64,000 bases of DNA from Escherichia phage vB_Eco_BCPEco_001, in the sequence record PV295200.1. The stretch is one strand, 5' to 3'. The position numbers were made by a program, and so were the translations under genes. Below, in pieces: positions 21,127 through 29,729 of this stretch (position 1 is its first letter; each line of letters starts with the position of its first letter). A model generated the notes under the pieces. It was not told the DNA's origin, did no database searches, and worked only from the letters and a program-made list of their open reading frames with translations.

Positions 21127-21452
21127 TGACAGATACGCAACTTTTCGAATATCTTTATTTTTCGCCAAAAACTATTAAAAATAAATTGGTGAATCATTTT
21201 GAAATTTTGGCAAATAACAACGTCTTGAGCGAATTTTATCCCAAGCAATACAAATTACAAAAAGGTGTATTCAAAGGATGCAGAGTTTTGTGCACTGCTC
21301 CTAATGCAAGATTAATGAATAAAATTCCATATTTTACCATGGAATTTATTGATGGACCATTTAAAGGATTAATTACTCAAAGTTTAATGGCATATGATTC
21401 TGAGCCATTTTTAATTAAAGAACAATCTTGGATAAAATTATTTTCTAATTGA
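21123..21452 (+). CDS. hypothetical protein
   Basis: 109 aa from an ATG overlapping the upstream stop; track ORF 21072 starts earlier inside the upstream gene. Confidence 0.45.
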   Translation: MMTDTQLFEYLYFSPKTIKNKLVNHFEILANNNVLSEFYPKQYKLQKGVFKGCRVLCTAPNARLMNKIPYFTMEFIDGPFKGLITQSLMAYDSEPFLIKEQSWIKLFSN

Positions 21453-21458
21453 GGTTAT

Positions 21459-21821
21459 ATGAAAGCATATCAAATTCTTGAAGGCACACATAAAGGTACT
21501 ATTTATTTTGAAGATGGTATTCAAGCACGAATTATTGTCTCTAAAACCTTTAAAGAGGACTCTTTTGTAGACCCAGAAATTTTCTATGGTTTGCATGCCC
21601 GTGAAATTGAAATTGAGCAACAGCCTACAGTTAAAATTGAAGGTGGTCAACACCTGAACGTTAACGTTCTGCGTCGTGAAACTCTGGAAGATGCAGTTAA
21701 GCATCCGGAAAAATATCCGCAGCTGACCATCCGTGTATCCGGTTATGCAGTTCGCTTTAACTCTCTGACTCCGGAACAGCAGCGCGACGTTATCGCTCGT
21801 ACCTTTACCGAGAGTTTGTAA
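21459..21821 (+). CDS. autonomous glycyl radical cofactor (GrcA/YfiD-like)
   Basis: 120 aa; C-terminal half [63 protein letters not shown] recalled as identical to E. coli GrcA, including the glycyl-radical motif RVSGY. Confidence 0.85.
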   Translation: MKAYQILEGTHKGTIYFEDGIQARIIVSKTFKEDSFVDPEIFYGLHAREIEIEQQPTVKIEGGQHLNVNVLRRETLEDAVKHPEKYPQLTIRVSGYAVRFNSLTPEQQRDVIARTFTESL

Positions 21822-22042
21822 TGGCAAAGATAATTATTGAAGGTTCTGAAGATGTGCTAAATGCTTTCGCCGAGTGGTTTAGTAATTCAGGCGAACAGCA
21901 ATTTAATGAAGCCTGGAATATGGGTGATATTGATGGAATTTATCCTACGACAGAAATTTCTGTTCAGGGATATGGCATTCATGAACCTATTCGTTTAGTT
22001 GAATACGATTTATGCACTGGTGAGGAAGTCAAATATGATTGA
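21821..22042 (+). CDS. hypothetical protein
   Basis: 73 aa acidic ORF, ATG overlapping the upstream stop. Confidence 0.45.
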   Translation: MAKIIIEGSEDVLNAFAEWFSNSGEQQFNEAWNMGDIDGIYPTTEISVQGYGIHEPIRLVEYDLCTGEEVKYD

Positions 22043-22301
22043 AGATATTAAGGGTTATAAGCCACATACTGAAGAGAAAATCGGTAAAGTGAATGCTATC
22101 AAAGATGCTGAAGTTCGTTTAGGACTTATCTTTGACGCTTTATATGACGAATTCTGGGAAGCACTAGATAATTGTGAAGACTATGAATTCGCGAAGAATT
22201 ATGCTGAAAGCCTCGATCAGTTAGCTATTGCTAAAACGAAACTCAAAGAAGCCAGTATGTGGGCTTGTCGTGCTGTGTTCCAACCAGAGGAAAAATACTA
22301 A
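22035..22301 (+). CDS. hypothetical protein
   Basis: 88 aa from an ATG overlapping the upstream stop (MIEDIKGY...); track start 21999 is less likely. Confidence 0.4.
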   Translation: MIEDIKGYKPHTEEKIGKVNAIKDAEVRLGLIFDALYDEFWEALDNCEDYEFAKNYAESLDQLAIAKTKLKEASMWACRAVFQPEEKY

Positions 22302-22579
22302 TGGCTCAATTAAGCGCAGGGTTTGGTTATGAGTATTATACTGCCCCTCGTCGTGTGTCTGCTGCTCCTAAGAAAATTCAAAGTCTTGATGATTTCCAGG
22401 AAGTAGTCCGTAAAGCTTTCCAGGACTATGCACGTTATCTTAAAGAAGATTCACAGGACTGTCTCGAAGAAGATGAAATTGCTTATTATGAGCAGCGTCT
22501 TGAACAGCTTAAAAACTTACATGAGGTCCGTGCAGAAGTTTCAAAGTCTATGAATAAATTGATTAGATTTAAAGAATAA
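22301..22579 (+). CDS. hypothetical protein
   Basis: 92 aa from [10 protein letters not shown]; ATG overlaps the upstream stop. Confidence 0.45.
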   Translation: MAQLSAGFGYEYYTAPRRVSAAPKKIQSLDDFQEVVRKAFQDYARYLKEDSQDCLEEDEIAYYEQRLEQLKNLHEVRAEVSKSMNKLIRFKE

Positions 22580-22582
22580 CTG

Positions 22583-22611
22583 TTTACTTTTCCTCTTGAC
22601 TGTGGTATAAT
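22583..22611 (+). promoter_or_regulatory. early promoter (-35 GTTTAC, extended -10 TGTGGTATAAT) upstream of regB
   Basis: tgtttacttttcctcttgactgtggtataat. Confidence 0.55.
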
Positions 22612-22638
22612 TTTTCTATCAGTTAAGAGGAGAATAAC

Positions 22639-23100
22639 ATGACTATCAATACAGAAGTTTTTATCCGTCGAAATAAGCTTCGTCGTCACTTTGAGTCGGA
22701 GTTTCGTCAAATTAACAATGAGATTCGTGAGGCATCAAAAGCAGCAGGGGTCTCATCGTTTCATCTAAAATATTCTCAGCATCTTCTTGATCGTGCAATT
22801 CAACGGGAGATTGATGAGACATATGTTTTTGAATTATTCCACAAAATAAAAGACCATGTTTTAGAAGTTAATGAATTCCTGAGTATGCCTCCGCGTCCTG
22901 ACATTGATGAGGATTTTATTGATGGGGTTGAATACCGTCCTGGACGTTTAGAAATCACAGATGGAAATCTTTGGCTTGGATTTACAGTTTGTAAACCTAA
23001 TGCGAAGTTCAAAGACCCGTCGCTTCAATGCAGGATGGCAATTATCAATAGTCGTCGTTTACCAGGAAAGGCTTCTAAAGCAGTAATTAAAACTCAATGA
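22639..23100 (+). CDS. regB: RegB site-specific endoribonuclease
   Basis: 153 aa as in T4 RegB; MTINTEVFIRRNKLRRHFESEFRQINNEIREA recognised from memory. Confidence 0.75.
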   Translation: MTINTEVFIRRNKLRRHFESEFRQINNEIREASKAAGVSSFHLKYSQHLLDRAIQREIDETYVFELFHKIKDHVLEVNEFLSMPPRPDIDEDFIDGVEYRPGRLEITDGNLWLGFTVCKPNAKFKDPSLQCRMAIINSRRLPGKASKAVIKTQ

Positions 23101-23107
23101 GGTAAGC

Positions 23108-23653
23108 ATGAGAAAAGCACTACTCGCTGGTCTATTGGCCATTTCAATGATGGCACATAGCTCCGAGCATACTTTCAGTAATGTCCAACTCGATAACATG
23201 CGTTACGCGTATCAATTCGGGGAACAATTTTCTAAGGATGGAAAATATAAAACACACAAAAACATCCACAAGAGTGGATTAGGTCATATAATGGCAGCCA
23301 TTTTATGGCAAGAAAGCTCTGGCGGAGTTAATTTAAAATCTAAACCAAAGCATCACGCCTACGGAATGTTCCAAAATTATTTGCCTACTATGCGAGCGAG
23401 AGTTAAGGAACTTGGTTATAATATGACCGATGCTGAAATAAAAAGAATGTTGAATAAACGATCCAATTCAGCTTCCTGGGCGTACATTGAACTTTCTTAT
23501 TGGTTAAATATACATAAGGGCGATATAAGAAAAGCAATATCCTCTTATAATTCGGGATGGAATGTTAAAGCAGGTTCTAAATATGCTTCTGAAGTCCTAG
23601 AAAAGGCTAATTACCTTAAAAATAATAAACTTTTGGAAATAGTAAATGACTAA
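23108..23653 (+). CDS. secreted protein, possibly lytic transglycosylase-like
   Basis: 181 aa; N-terminal signal peptide MRKALLAGLLAISMMAHS; motif ILWQESSGG is weakly suggestive of a transglycosylase catalytic Glu. Confidence 0.45.
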   Translation: MRKALLAGLLAISMMAHSSEHTFSNVQLDNMRYAYQFGEQFSKDGKYKTHKNIHKSGLGHIMAAILWQESSGGVNLKSKPKHHAYGMFQNYLPTMRARVKELGYNMTDAEIKRMLNKRSNSASWAYIELSYWLNIHKGDIRKAISSYNSGWNVKAGSKYASEVLEKANYLKNNKLLEIVND

Positions 23654-23987
23654 AATTTTGGTTTTATGTATAGGATTAATTTCATTTTCTGCGTTAGCAG
23701 ATACATCATATACTGAAATTAGAGAGTATGTAAACCGTACTGCAGCGGATTATTGCGGGAAAAATAAAGCATGCCAAGCTGAATTTGCGCAGAAATTAAT
23801 ATATGCATATAAAGACGGAGAAAGAGATAAATCAAGCAGATACAAAAATGATACATTGTTAAAACGATATGCTAAAAAGTGGAATACCTTAGAATGTTCA
23901 GTTGCGGAGGAGAAAGATAAAGCCGCTTGTCATTCAATGGTTGACCGTTTAGTAGATTCTTATAATCGAGGATTGAGTACTAGATGA
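23646..23987 (+). CDS. secreted hypothetical protein (position of T4 vs)
   Basis: 113 aa with signal peptide; 4 Cys. Confidence 0.45.
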   Translation: MTKILVLCIGLISFSALADTSYTEIREYVNRTAADYCGKNKACQAEFAQKLIYAYKDGERDKSSRYKNDTLLKRYAKKWNTLECSVAEEKDKAACHSMVDRLVDSYNRGLSTR

Positions 23988-24463
23988 TTGTAAAATATAT
24001 CAAGGGCGATATTGTCGCCCTATTTCTTCAAGGTAATATTATTGCGCACGGGTGCAATTGCTTCCACACAATGGGCTCTGGCGTAGCAGGTCAATTAGCA
24101 AGAGCCTATCCCAAAATTTTAGAAATAGATAAAACCACTACCGAGTACGGTTCTCGTGATAAATTAGGCGATATGTCTATTGTTTTTAAACATAGTCCTA
24201 CGGGATTTGGTATATGCTATAACCTGTATACACAATACGAACCGGGTCCTAATCTTGATTATGGTGCTTTAGTAAACTGCATGATAGAATTAAATCTACA
24301 GGCAGAAACCCTTTTGTTTAAACCAGTAATTTACATTCCACGCATAGGTTGCGGTATTGCTGGCGGCGATTGGGATAAGGTTTCTAAATTAATCGACATG
24401 TTTACTCCTGATATTGATTTAATAGTGGTGGATTATGAAAGTACATTACCCGCATCCGTTTGA
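23984..24463 (+). CDS. macro-domain protein (predicted ADP-ribose binding/hydrolysing)
   Basis: 159 aa; KGDIVALFLQGNIIAHGCNCFHTMGSGVAGQLARAYP fits the macro-domain pattern (GDI...h-h-N-x-N...G-x-GV-A). Confidence 0.55.
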   Translation: MIVKYIKGDIVALFLQGNIIAHGCNCFHTMGSGVAGQLARAYPKILEIDKTTTEYGSRDKLGDMSIVFKHSPTGFGICYNLYTQYEPGPNLDYGALVNCMIELNLQAETLLFKPVIYIPRIGCGIAGGDWDKVSKLIDMFTPDIDLIVVDYESTLPASV

Positions 24464-24647
24464 TCCTAAAAACAAAGTGGAAATTATTCGTCAATGGGAA
24501 CGCATTTGCCGTACTAAATGCCCAATTAATAGTCCACATGATGTAGATAAAGACTATATTGGAACATTCGTTGAATATACCTTTATTGATAGGAAAGGTC
24601 GTAAACAACATGTAGAAGAATATTGTTTAAAGGTTACATGGTTATGA
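24435..24647 (+). CDS. hypothetical protein
   Basis: 70 aa ORF overlapping the upstream gene end. Confidence 0.4.
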   Translation: MKVHYPHPFDPKNKVEIIRQWERICRTKCPINSPHDVDKDYIGTFVEYTFIDRKGRKQHVEEYCLKVTWL

Positions 24648-24850
24648 GCCAAACTAGTATTCTTAAAAATGCCCACTGCGAAAAGTGTGAATGGCCAGTT
24701 GTTTTTGCTTTATGTAATGATGAAATGGCTTGTGATTTCGATTATTGGTGCTATTGTTCTAATAAAGGATGCATCAATCATAAAGGTGAAGGATTTTATT
24801 CAGGATTTTATCCTTATCCTGATTTCGTTAAAGAAGGTAAACCGAAATGA
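24644..24850 (+). CDS. small Cys-rich protein (putative zinc-binding)
   Basis: 68 aa from MSQTSILK; 8 Cys incl. CEKCEW and CYCSNKGC; ATGA-coupled. Confidence 0.4.
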   Translation: MSQTSILKNAHCEKCEWPVVFALCNDEMACDFDYWCYCSNKGCINHKGEGFYSGFYPYPDFVKEGKPK

Positions 24851-25020
24851 ATAGTTTTGAGTTACAATATGAAGTGTTACGTGAGCTTGATAATTTAATT
24901 GAACTCGCTGTCAATAAAGGTTTTGCCATTGGAATCGGTCAAAAAGATACTGGTCATTTAACTATGGAAATATTTAAGCAAAAGCGAATTATTTTAAAAC
25001 TCCTGGAAATTAATATATGA
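24847..25020 (+). CDS. hypothetical small protein
   Basis: 57 aa ORF MNSFELQYEVLRELDNL..., ATGA-coupled on both sides; below the track length cutoff. Confidence 0.35.
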   Translation: MNSFELQYEVLRELDNLIELAVNKGFAIGIGQKDTGHLTMEIFKQKRIILKLLEINI

Positions 25021-25202
25021 GTCTGAGTAAAGAACAAAAAGATAAATTGTTTGAGCTTATCCATGAACTTCTAGATGAGCATACAGAAGCAAACACCTTT
25101 TATGATGAATACGGCCCGCTATCTCCCGAACAGCAAGAAGAATTTGCTGATCGGTTTGATAAGAAAGAAAACGAATTAATAGCTTATGTGAATATGCTTT
25201 AA
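25017..25202 (+). CDS. hypothetical acidic protein
   Basis: 61 aa. Confidence 0.4.
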   Translation: MSLSKEQKDKLFELIHELLDEHTEANTFYDEYGPLSPEQQEEFADRFDKKENELIAYVNML

Positions 25203-25211
25203 GAAGGTGAT

Positions 25212-25793
25212 ATGGCGAGTTTAATTTTTACTTACGCAGCAATGAATGCTGGAAAATCTGCTTCTCTTTTGACTGCTGCACATAATTATAAAGAACGCGG
25301 AATGGGTGTATTAGTTCTTAAGCCTGCTATTGATACTCGCGATTCTGTCTGTGAAGTCGTTTCTCGCATTGGAATTAAGCAGGAAGCGAATATTATTACG
25401 GATGATATGGATATTTTTGAGTTCTATAAATGGGCTGAAGCACAAAAAGATATTCATTGTGTATTTGTAGATGAAGCCCAGTTTTTAAAAACTAAACAGG
25501 TGCATCAATTAAGCCGAATTGTTGATACATATAATGTTCCTGTTATGGCTTATGGACTAAGGACTGATTTCGCTGGAAAATTATTTGAAGGTTCTAAAGA
25601 ACTTTTGGCGATTGCAGATAAACTTATTGAACTAAAGGCAGTTTGTCATTGTGGTAAAAAGGCTATTATGACAGCTCGATTAATGGAAGATGGAACACCG
25701 GTTAAAGAAGGTAATCAAATCTGTATTGGTGATGAAATTTATGTTTCTTTGTGTAGAAAACATTGGAATGAATTAACTAAAAAGCTCGGTTAG
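25212..25793 (+). CDS. tk: thymidine kinase
   Basis: 193 aa; P-loop AMNAGKS; C-terminal zinc ribbon CHCGKK...C; matches T4 Tk size. Confidence 0.9.
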   Translation: MASLIFTYAAMNAGKSASLLTAAHNYKERGMGVLVLKPAIDTRDSVCEVVSRIGIKQEANIITDDMDIFEFYKWAEAQKDIHCVFVDEAQFLKTKQVHQLSRIVDTYNVPVMAYGLRTDFAGKLFEGSKELLAIADKLIELKAVCHCGKKAIMTARLMEDGTPVKEGNQICIGDEIYVSLCRKHWNELTKKLG

Positions 25794-25802
25794 TGCAAAA
25801 GT

Positions 25803-25810
25803 TATAAATA
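25803..25810 (+). promoter_or_regulatory. late promoter TATAAATA
   Basis: Exact TATAAATA 26 nt upstream of the 25836 ATG. Confidence 0.5.
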
Positions 25811-25835
25811 GGTTTATCTAACTAAAGGGGTATAT

Positions 25836-26048
25836 ATGCTACAATTAACTGAAAAGCAACTTCGCAATCTTACTGTGCTTCAATTAGATGAAATTCGTAG
25901 GGAAGTTGGAAATATCATTTCAGCTTTGCGTCGAGAAGTATCACTCAACCAATCTCCGGCAGACTATACTAGATTGCGAAATTTTGAAAAATACCTTGAT
26001 AAAGTTAAGGCCGTGCATCGGCATAAAGTAAATACAGGACAAAAATGA
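25836..26048 (+). CDS. hypothetical protein (position of T4 rI.1)
   Basis: 70 aa; SD AAGGGG. Confidence 0.45.
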
Positions 26049-26060
26049 TAGGAGGCCTTT

Positions 26061-26354
26061 ATGGCCTTAAAAGCAACGGCACTATTTGCCATGCTAGGAT
26101 TAGCGTTTGCTTTATCTCCATCGATTGAAGCGAATGTCGATCCTCATTTTGATAAATTTATGGAATCTGGTATTAGACACGTTTATATGCTTTTTGAAAA
26201 TAAAAGCGTAGAATCATCTGAACAGTTCTATAGTTTTATGCGAACGACTTATAAAAATGACCCGTGCTCTTCCGATTTTGAATGTATAGAGCGAGGCGCG
26301 GAGATGGCACAATCATACGCTAGAATTATGAACATTAAATTGGAGACTGAATGA
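26061..26354 (+). CDS. rI: lysis inhibition regulator RI (periplasmic antiholin)
   Basis: 97 aa as in T4 RI; N-terminal signal-anchor MALKATALFAMLGLAFA; adjacent to tk. Confidence 0.7.
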   Translation: MALKATALFAMLGLAFALSPSIEANVDPHFDKFMESGIRHVYMLFENKSVESSEQFYSFMRTTYKNDPCSSDFECIERGAEMAQSYARIMNIKLETE

Positions 26355-26737
26355 AATTCAGCGACTTTTCACAAAGTGGAAAACCTTCAAAGGCAGATGA
26401 ATACTTAGGTTTATTAATGGCTGCACAAGCTTATTTTCATTCTGCACATTTTGAAACTAAAAGTTATGCTAGACACAAAGCATACGATTTTATTTTCTCT
26501 GAATTGCCAGATTTGATTGATAAATTTGGTGAGCAATATTTAGGGTATTCTGGTAGAAAATACACGCCTTCTATTCCAGACGCCAGTAAACTTCCTACCG
26601 ATACAATTAAAATGATTGATCACATACTAGATCAATCTAACAGCATTTATAAAGAAATGCCTCCAGCCATTCAAAGCACGATAGATGATATCACTGGGAT
26701 GTTTTACCAGAGTAAATATCTTCTTTCCCTCGAATAA
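26351..26737 (+). CDS. hypothetical protein
   Basis: 128 aa, ATGA-coupled to rI. Confidence 0.5.
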   Translation: MKFSDFSQSGKPSKADEYLGLLMAAQAYFHSAHFETKSYARHKAYDFIFSELPDLIDKFGEQYLGYSGRKYTPSIPDASKLPTDTIKMIDHILDQSNSIYKEMPPAIQSTIDDITGMFYQSKYLLSLE

Positions 26738-26741
26738 CATT

Positions 26742-26765
26742 AGTCTCCTTCGGGAGACTTTTTTC
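26742..26765 (+). terminator. rho-independent terminator
   Basis: agtctcc ttcg ggagact followed by tttttt. Confidence 0.65.
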
Positions 26766-26774
26766 ATTTTACCG

Positions 26775-26804
26775 GTTTACTTTCCATTTGAGCTGTGATA
26801 CTAT
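26775..26804 (+). promoter_or_regulatory. early promoter (-35 GTTTAC, -10 TACTAT)
   Basis: ggtttactttccatttgagctgtgatactatac. Confidence 0.5.
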
Positions 26805-26832
26805 ACAAATATCGGATAAAGAGGAGAACATC

Positions 26833-27021
26833 ATGAAAATTGAAGCACTTAATCAAGAAGGAAATATCTACGTCATCATTAATGGTGATTTTTTCGTCGA
26901 CATGGATGAAGTTACTAGTGAAGAACTTGTAGAACTTCTTAAGAAACGTTATGATATGTGTGATGAAGCTGCAACTCATATGGCGTGTGCAATATTCTCT
27001 CTTTCATATGTGGTGGAATAA
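26833..27021 (+). CDS. hypothetical protein
   Basis: 62 aa from MKIEALNQ with SD GAGGAG; the track extension 26788 starts inside the promoter. Confidence 0.45.
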   Translation: MKIEALNQEGNIYVIINGDFFVDMDEVTSEELVELLKKRYDMCDEAATHMACAIFSLSYVVE

Positions 27022-27224
27022 TGACTAGAATTGAACAAGCAGATAAAATTAAAGAATTGGTAGCTTTAATTCGCAAAGCAGATGAGGAACTTAGTGACTT
27101 TGCTTGGTTTTCGGCAGGCATTGCAAATAAAGGTATTGAAAAATTTGAAGCTAAAGTTGATAATGCTGTAGAAGCTTTAGATATGTTTCTTGATGAAATT
27201 ATCGATCATAATACGAGAGTTTAA
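27021..27224 (+). CDS. hypothetical protein
   Basis: 67 aa from [11 protein letters not shown]; TAATG overlap with the upstream stop. Confidence 0.45.
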   Translation: MTRIEQADKIKELVALIRKADEELSDFAWFSAGIANKGIEKFEAKVDNAVEALDMFLDEIIDHNTRV

Positions 27225-27226
27225 GT

Positions 27227-27421
27227 ATGCTAACACGTAAACAGTTTGAAAAAATCATTAAATTAGCACGTGATATTGAAATAGATTCATACCAATTGGC
27301 AGTTGAGCATTGTGAAGGATACTCATACGATGGTATAGAAGCAGCTAAAAAGGATTTGGATAAATCCAAAGCTAAGTTAGTTCAATATCTTGAAATGATT
27401 AGGTGGAATAATGAAAACTGA
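27227..27421 (+). CDS. hypothetical protein
   Basis: 64 aa. Confidence 0.45.
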   Translation: MLTRKQFEKIIKLARDIEIDSYQLAVEHCEGYSYDGIEAAKKDLDKSKAKLVQYLEMIRWNNEN

Positions 27422-27584
27422 AAAGCAGATGTTTTTAATGAAGCTAATTGAAGAATATGCTAATGCAGTTTCTGACTATGAATGTTCTTCTCGTGAAAGA
27501 GGTACAGCTTTCGCTAAAGAAGAATTGAAAATCATGGTTGATGCTCATACAAAGCTTCAGAATTTTATTGAAAACGTCATTTAA
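27411..27584 (+). CDS. hypothetical small protein
   Basis: 57 aa ORF MKTEKQMFLMKLIEEY..., overlaps the upstream gene end; below the track cutoff. Confidence 0.35.
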   Translation: MKTEKQMFLMKLIEEYANAVSDYECSSRERGTAFAKEELKIMVDAHTKLQNFIENVI

Positions 27585-27748
27585 TGGTTTACAAGTTGGC
27601 AAGGTTATGGTATAGTAATCTTGTCAACTGTCAAGGAGAAGAGAATGAAAATTTTGTTTGTTGTGTATGTGATGATTCAATATAATTACCCAATGTTTAC
27701 TTATAATCTGGTGAACAACATTATTGATATTATTCAAAGGAGTATGTA

Positions 27749-27934
27749 ATGACAAGTGAGCAGGCTTTTAAATTAAGAGAATTAATTGAGACGTATAGTA
27801 AAGCTGTTCATACATCAACAATTATTGATGAATCAGCTTTCTCCGGACATGCCAACAAGATTAAATACAAAACTCTTATGGAAGAAGCTAAAGTAAATCT
27901 TGATTCTTATATTGAAACTTTAATTGGTGAATAA
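27749..27934 (+). CDS. hypothetical protein
   Basis: 61 aa; SD AAGGAG; upstream promoter-like ggtttacaagttggcaaggttatggtatagtaat. Confidence 0.45.
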   Translation: MTSEQAFKLRELIETYSKAVHTSTIIDESAFSGHANKIKYKTLMEEAKVNLDSYIETLIGE

Positions 27935-27935
27935 C

Positions 27936-28202
27936 ATGGGCTTTCCTAAATTAGAAGTAGGTGATTTGGTCTTAACAAAATTATGGAATGATGTTCAATC
28001 AGTAGAAATCTGTCAATATCGTGGAGCAACAGGTAATTTGATGTACACGATTTATAATCCAGAAATTTTATTAGAGTGTCATTTGGAACGCTTTATAAAA
28101 GACACCGATAGTATGCCGTATAGTGTATCGATTGTACGTAAATCTGATACAAAGGAATACTCTAAAATTTTAGAACAAATCAGCGCAAATAAAAAGGATT
28201 AA
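27936..28202 (+). CDS. hypothetical protein
   Basis: 88 aa from the ATG (MGFPKLEV) just after the upstream stop; the track start at 27924 is a TTG. Confidence 0.45.
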   Translation: MGFPKLEVGDLVLTKLWNDVQSVEICQYRGATGNLMYTIYNPEILLECHLERFIKDTDSMPYSVSIVRKSDTKEYSKILEQISANKKD

Positions 28203-28203
28203 T

Positions 28204-28737
28204 ATGAAACGATTAGTATTAGAAGTTAGTCCACTTTTTGGTGAATTGGCTATAGAAAAAGTAAATAATATGTATCGTTTGACGCAAGAAGACGATATGC
28301 TGTATTTTACACCTAGTGAAATTATTCATTTAACCCAAATTGAATATCCTTATACTGATAAAATAGTAAGCATCAATGATGAGCACAAAATTCATTTTTA
28401 TTCTTCATGCCCAGGATTTAATATTAAAAGTGAGTCAATGTGTTTATCAGTTATCCATTGGGATAGTTTTATAGATAAGATTAAATATTTTTATTATTCT
28501 AATGAAAGAAAACATAGTTTAAAATGGCTCAAAAATTGCAATGCTATTATTACTAACGCTTGCAATCAGAATGATGAAACTGTTTTAAACGTATCAAAAT
28601 GCTATGAAGATGGTGATGTCTTAACTATTCGTCAAATTGATGATTTTCGATCGCATATTGTCACATTTACCAAAGACGAAGCTATTGCGCTAAAGACTTA
28701 TCTCGATTCTGTCATTCCAACTATGATTTCAAAGTGA
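28204..28737 (+). CDS. hypothetical protein, paralog A of a tandem pair
   Basis: 177 aa; C-terminus TFTKDEAIALKTYLDSVIPTMISK is homologous to the C-terminus of the next gene. Confidence 0.5.
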   Translation: MKRLVLEVSPLFGELAIEKVNNMYRLTQEDDMLYFTPSEIIHLTQIEYPYTDKIVSINDEHKIHFYSSCPGFNIKSESMCLSVIHWDSFIDKIKYFYYSNERKHSLKWLKNCNAIITNACNQNDETVLNVSKCYEDGDVLTIRQIDDFRSHIVTFTKDEAIALKTYLDSVIPTMISK

Positions 28738-28743
28738 GGAAAT

Positions 28744-29265
28744 ATGTTTATTTCAAGTGGAAGTGGTTTAATTCGTGTTGAATTTAAAAATGACATCTTC
28801 CTTATTCAAGGAGATGATATTATTAAAATGAGTTATGATGAAATTAAGAAAATTTGTAATGCTCTTGAAAGTCATGGAAAAGTGAACGCTGTTATTGATA
28901 TTGGTGATTTATGGGTGACACTTTATGAAGTATCCGAAGGATTTAATATTGAAGATGAAAACAACATCTTAGCTATTGATAAAAGAAGCGATTTGTTTGA
29001 TGTGTTAAAAGTTTATGAACAGTCAAACGGTGGAAGAAAAGCTGTATTGATTTATCAAAAACCACATTCATGTGGAACTGCTTCAATCATTTCAGATATT
29101 GAAGATGAAACTGATACTTATATGTGTGTTTTAAAAGCTGGTGGTGACCGTCATCCGGATTTTATTTCTATTCGTCAAAACAATGGAGAAATTTCATTGT
29201 CAAAATCAGAAGCTGAAGCTATGATTAAGTATTTAACAACCGTTACGCCTTCAATGAAAGGATAA
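28744..29265 (+). CDS. hypothetical protein, paralog B of a tandem pair
   Basis: 173 aa; C-terminus SLSKSEAEAMIKYLTTVTPSMKG. Confidence 0.5.
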   Translation: MFISSGSGLIRVEFKNDIFLIQGDDIIKMSYDEIKKICNALESHGKVNAVIDIGDLWVTLYEVSEGFNIEDENNILAIDKRSDLFDVLKVYEQSNGGRKAVLIYQKPHSCGTASIISDIEDETDTYMCVLKAGGDRHPDFISIRQNNGEISLSKSEAEAMIKYLTTVTPSMKG

Positions 29266-29267
29266 TT

Positions 29268-29729
29268 ATGATTATTAATGAAAACTCTTGGCACTATAAA
29301 TTATTCAAATTGTTTAACGATGAATGGCAACGACCTAAGACACTATGCGCATATTTTTGGTCTATTGTTATCCCTACATTTTTCGTTTCTATTTTTGGGT
29401 GTGCTATACTCGTAGGGCTAACAATTATTTGTGCAGAAAGCTTACAACGATGGCTTATTTTCGGTAGTTTATGGACTTTGCTTCCATCAGCATTTATACT
29501 TGCCATTTTGCTTGTTTTACTTATTATTGGTTCATTTGTTATTCCTGTACATTTGCGTGAAAAATATAAAGATTATAAATGGAAAAAGGATTATGCTTTA
29601 CACGTAGAAAACATTGATAGGAAAAATAAAGGTTTACCTCCTATTCAACCCAAGAAATCGATTATCGTTGAATTTTTAAAAGCTCGTAAAGCTAAAGTAT
29701 GTCCTGTTATTGAATATAAGGCTGAATGA
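29268..29729 (+). CDS. membrane protein (2 predicted TM helices)
   Basis: 153 aa; two long hydrophobic segments followed by a basic cytoplasmic tail. Confidence 0.5.
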   Translation: MIINENSWHYKLFKLFNDEWQRPKTLCAYFWSIVIPTFFVSIFGCAILVGLTIICAESLQRWLIFGSLWTLLPSAFILAILLVLLIIGSFVIPVHLREKYKDYKWKKDYALHVENIDRKNKGLPPIQPKKSIIVEFLKARKAKVCPVIEYKAE

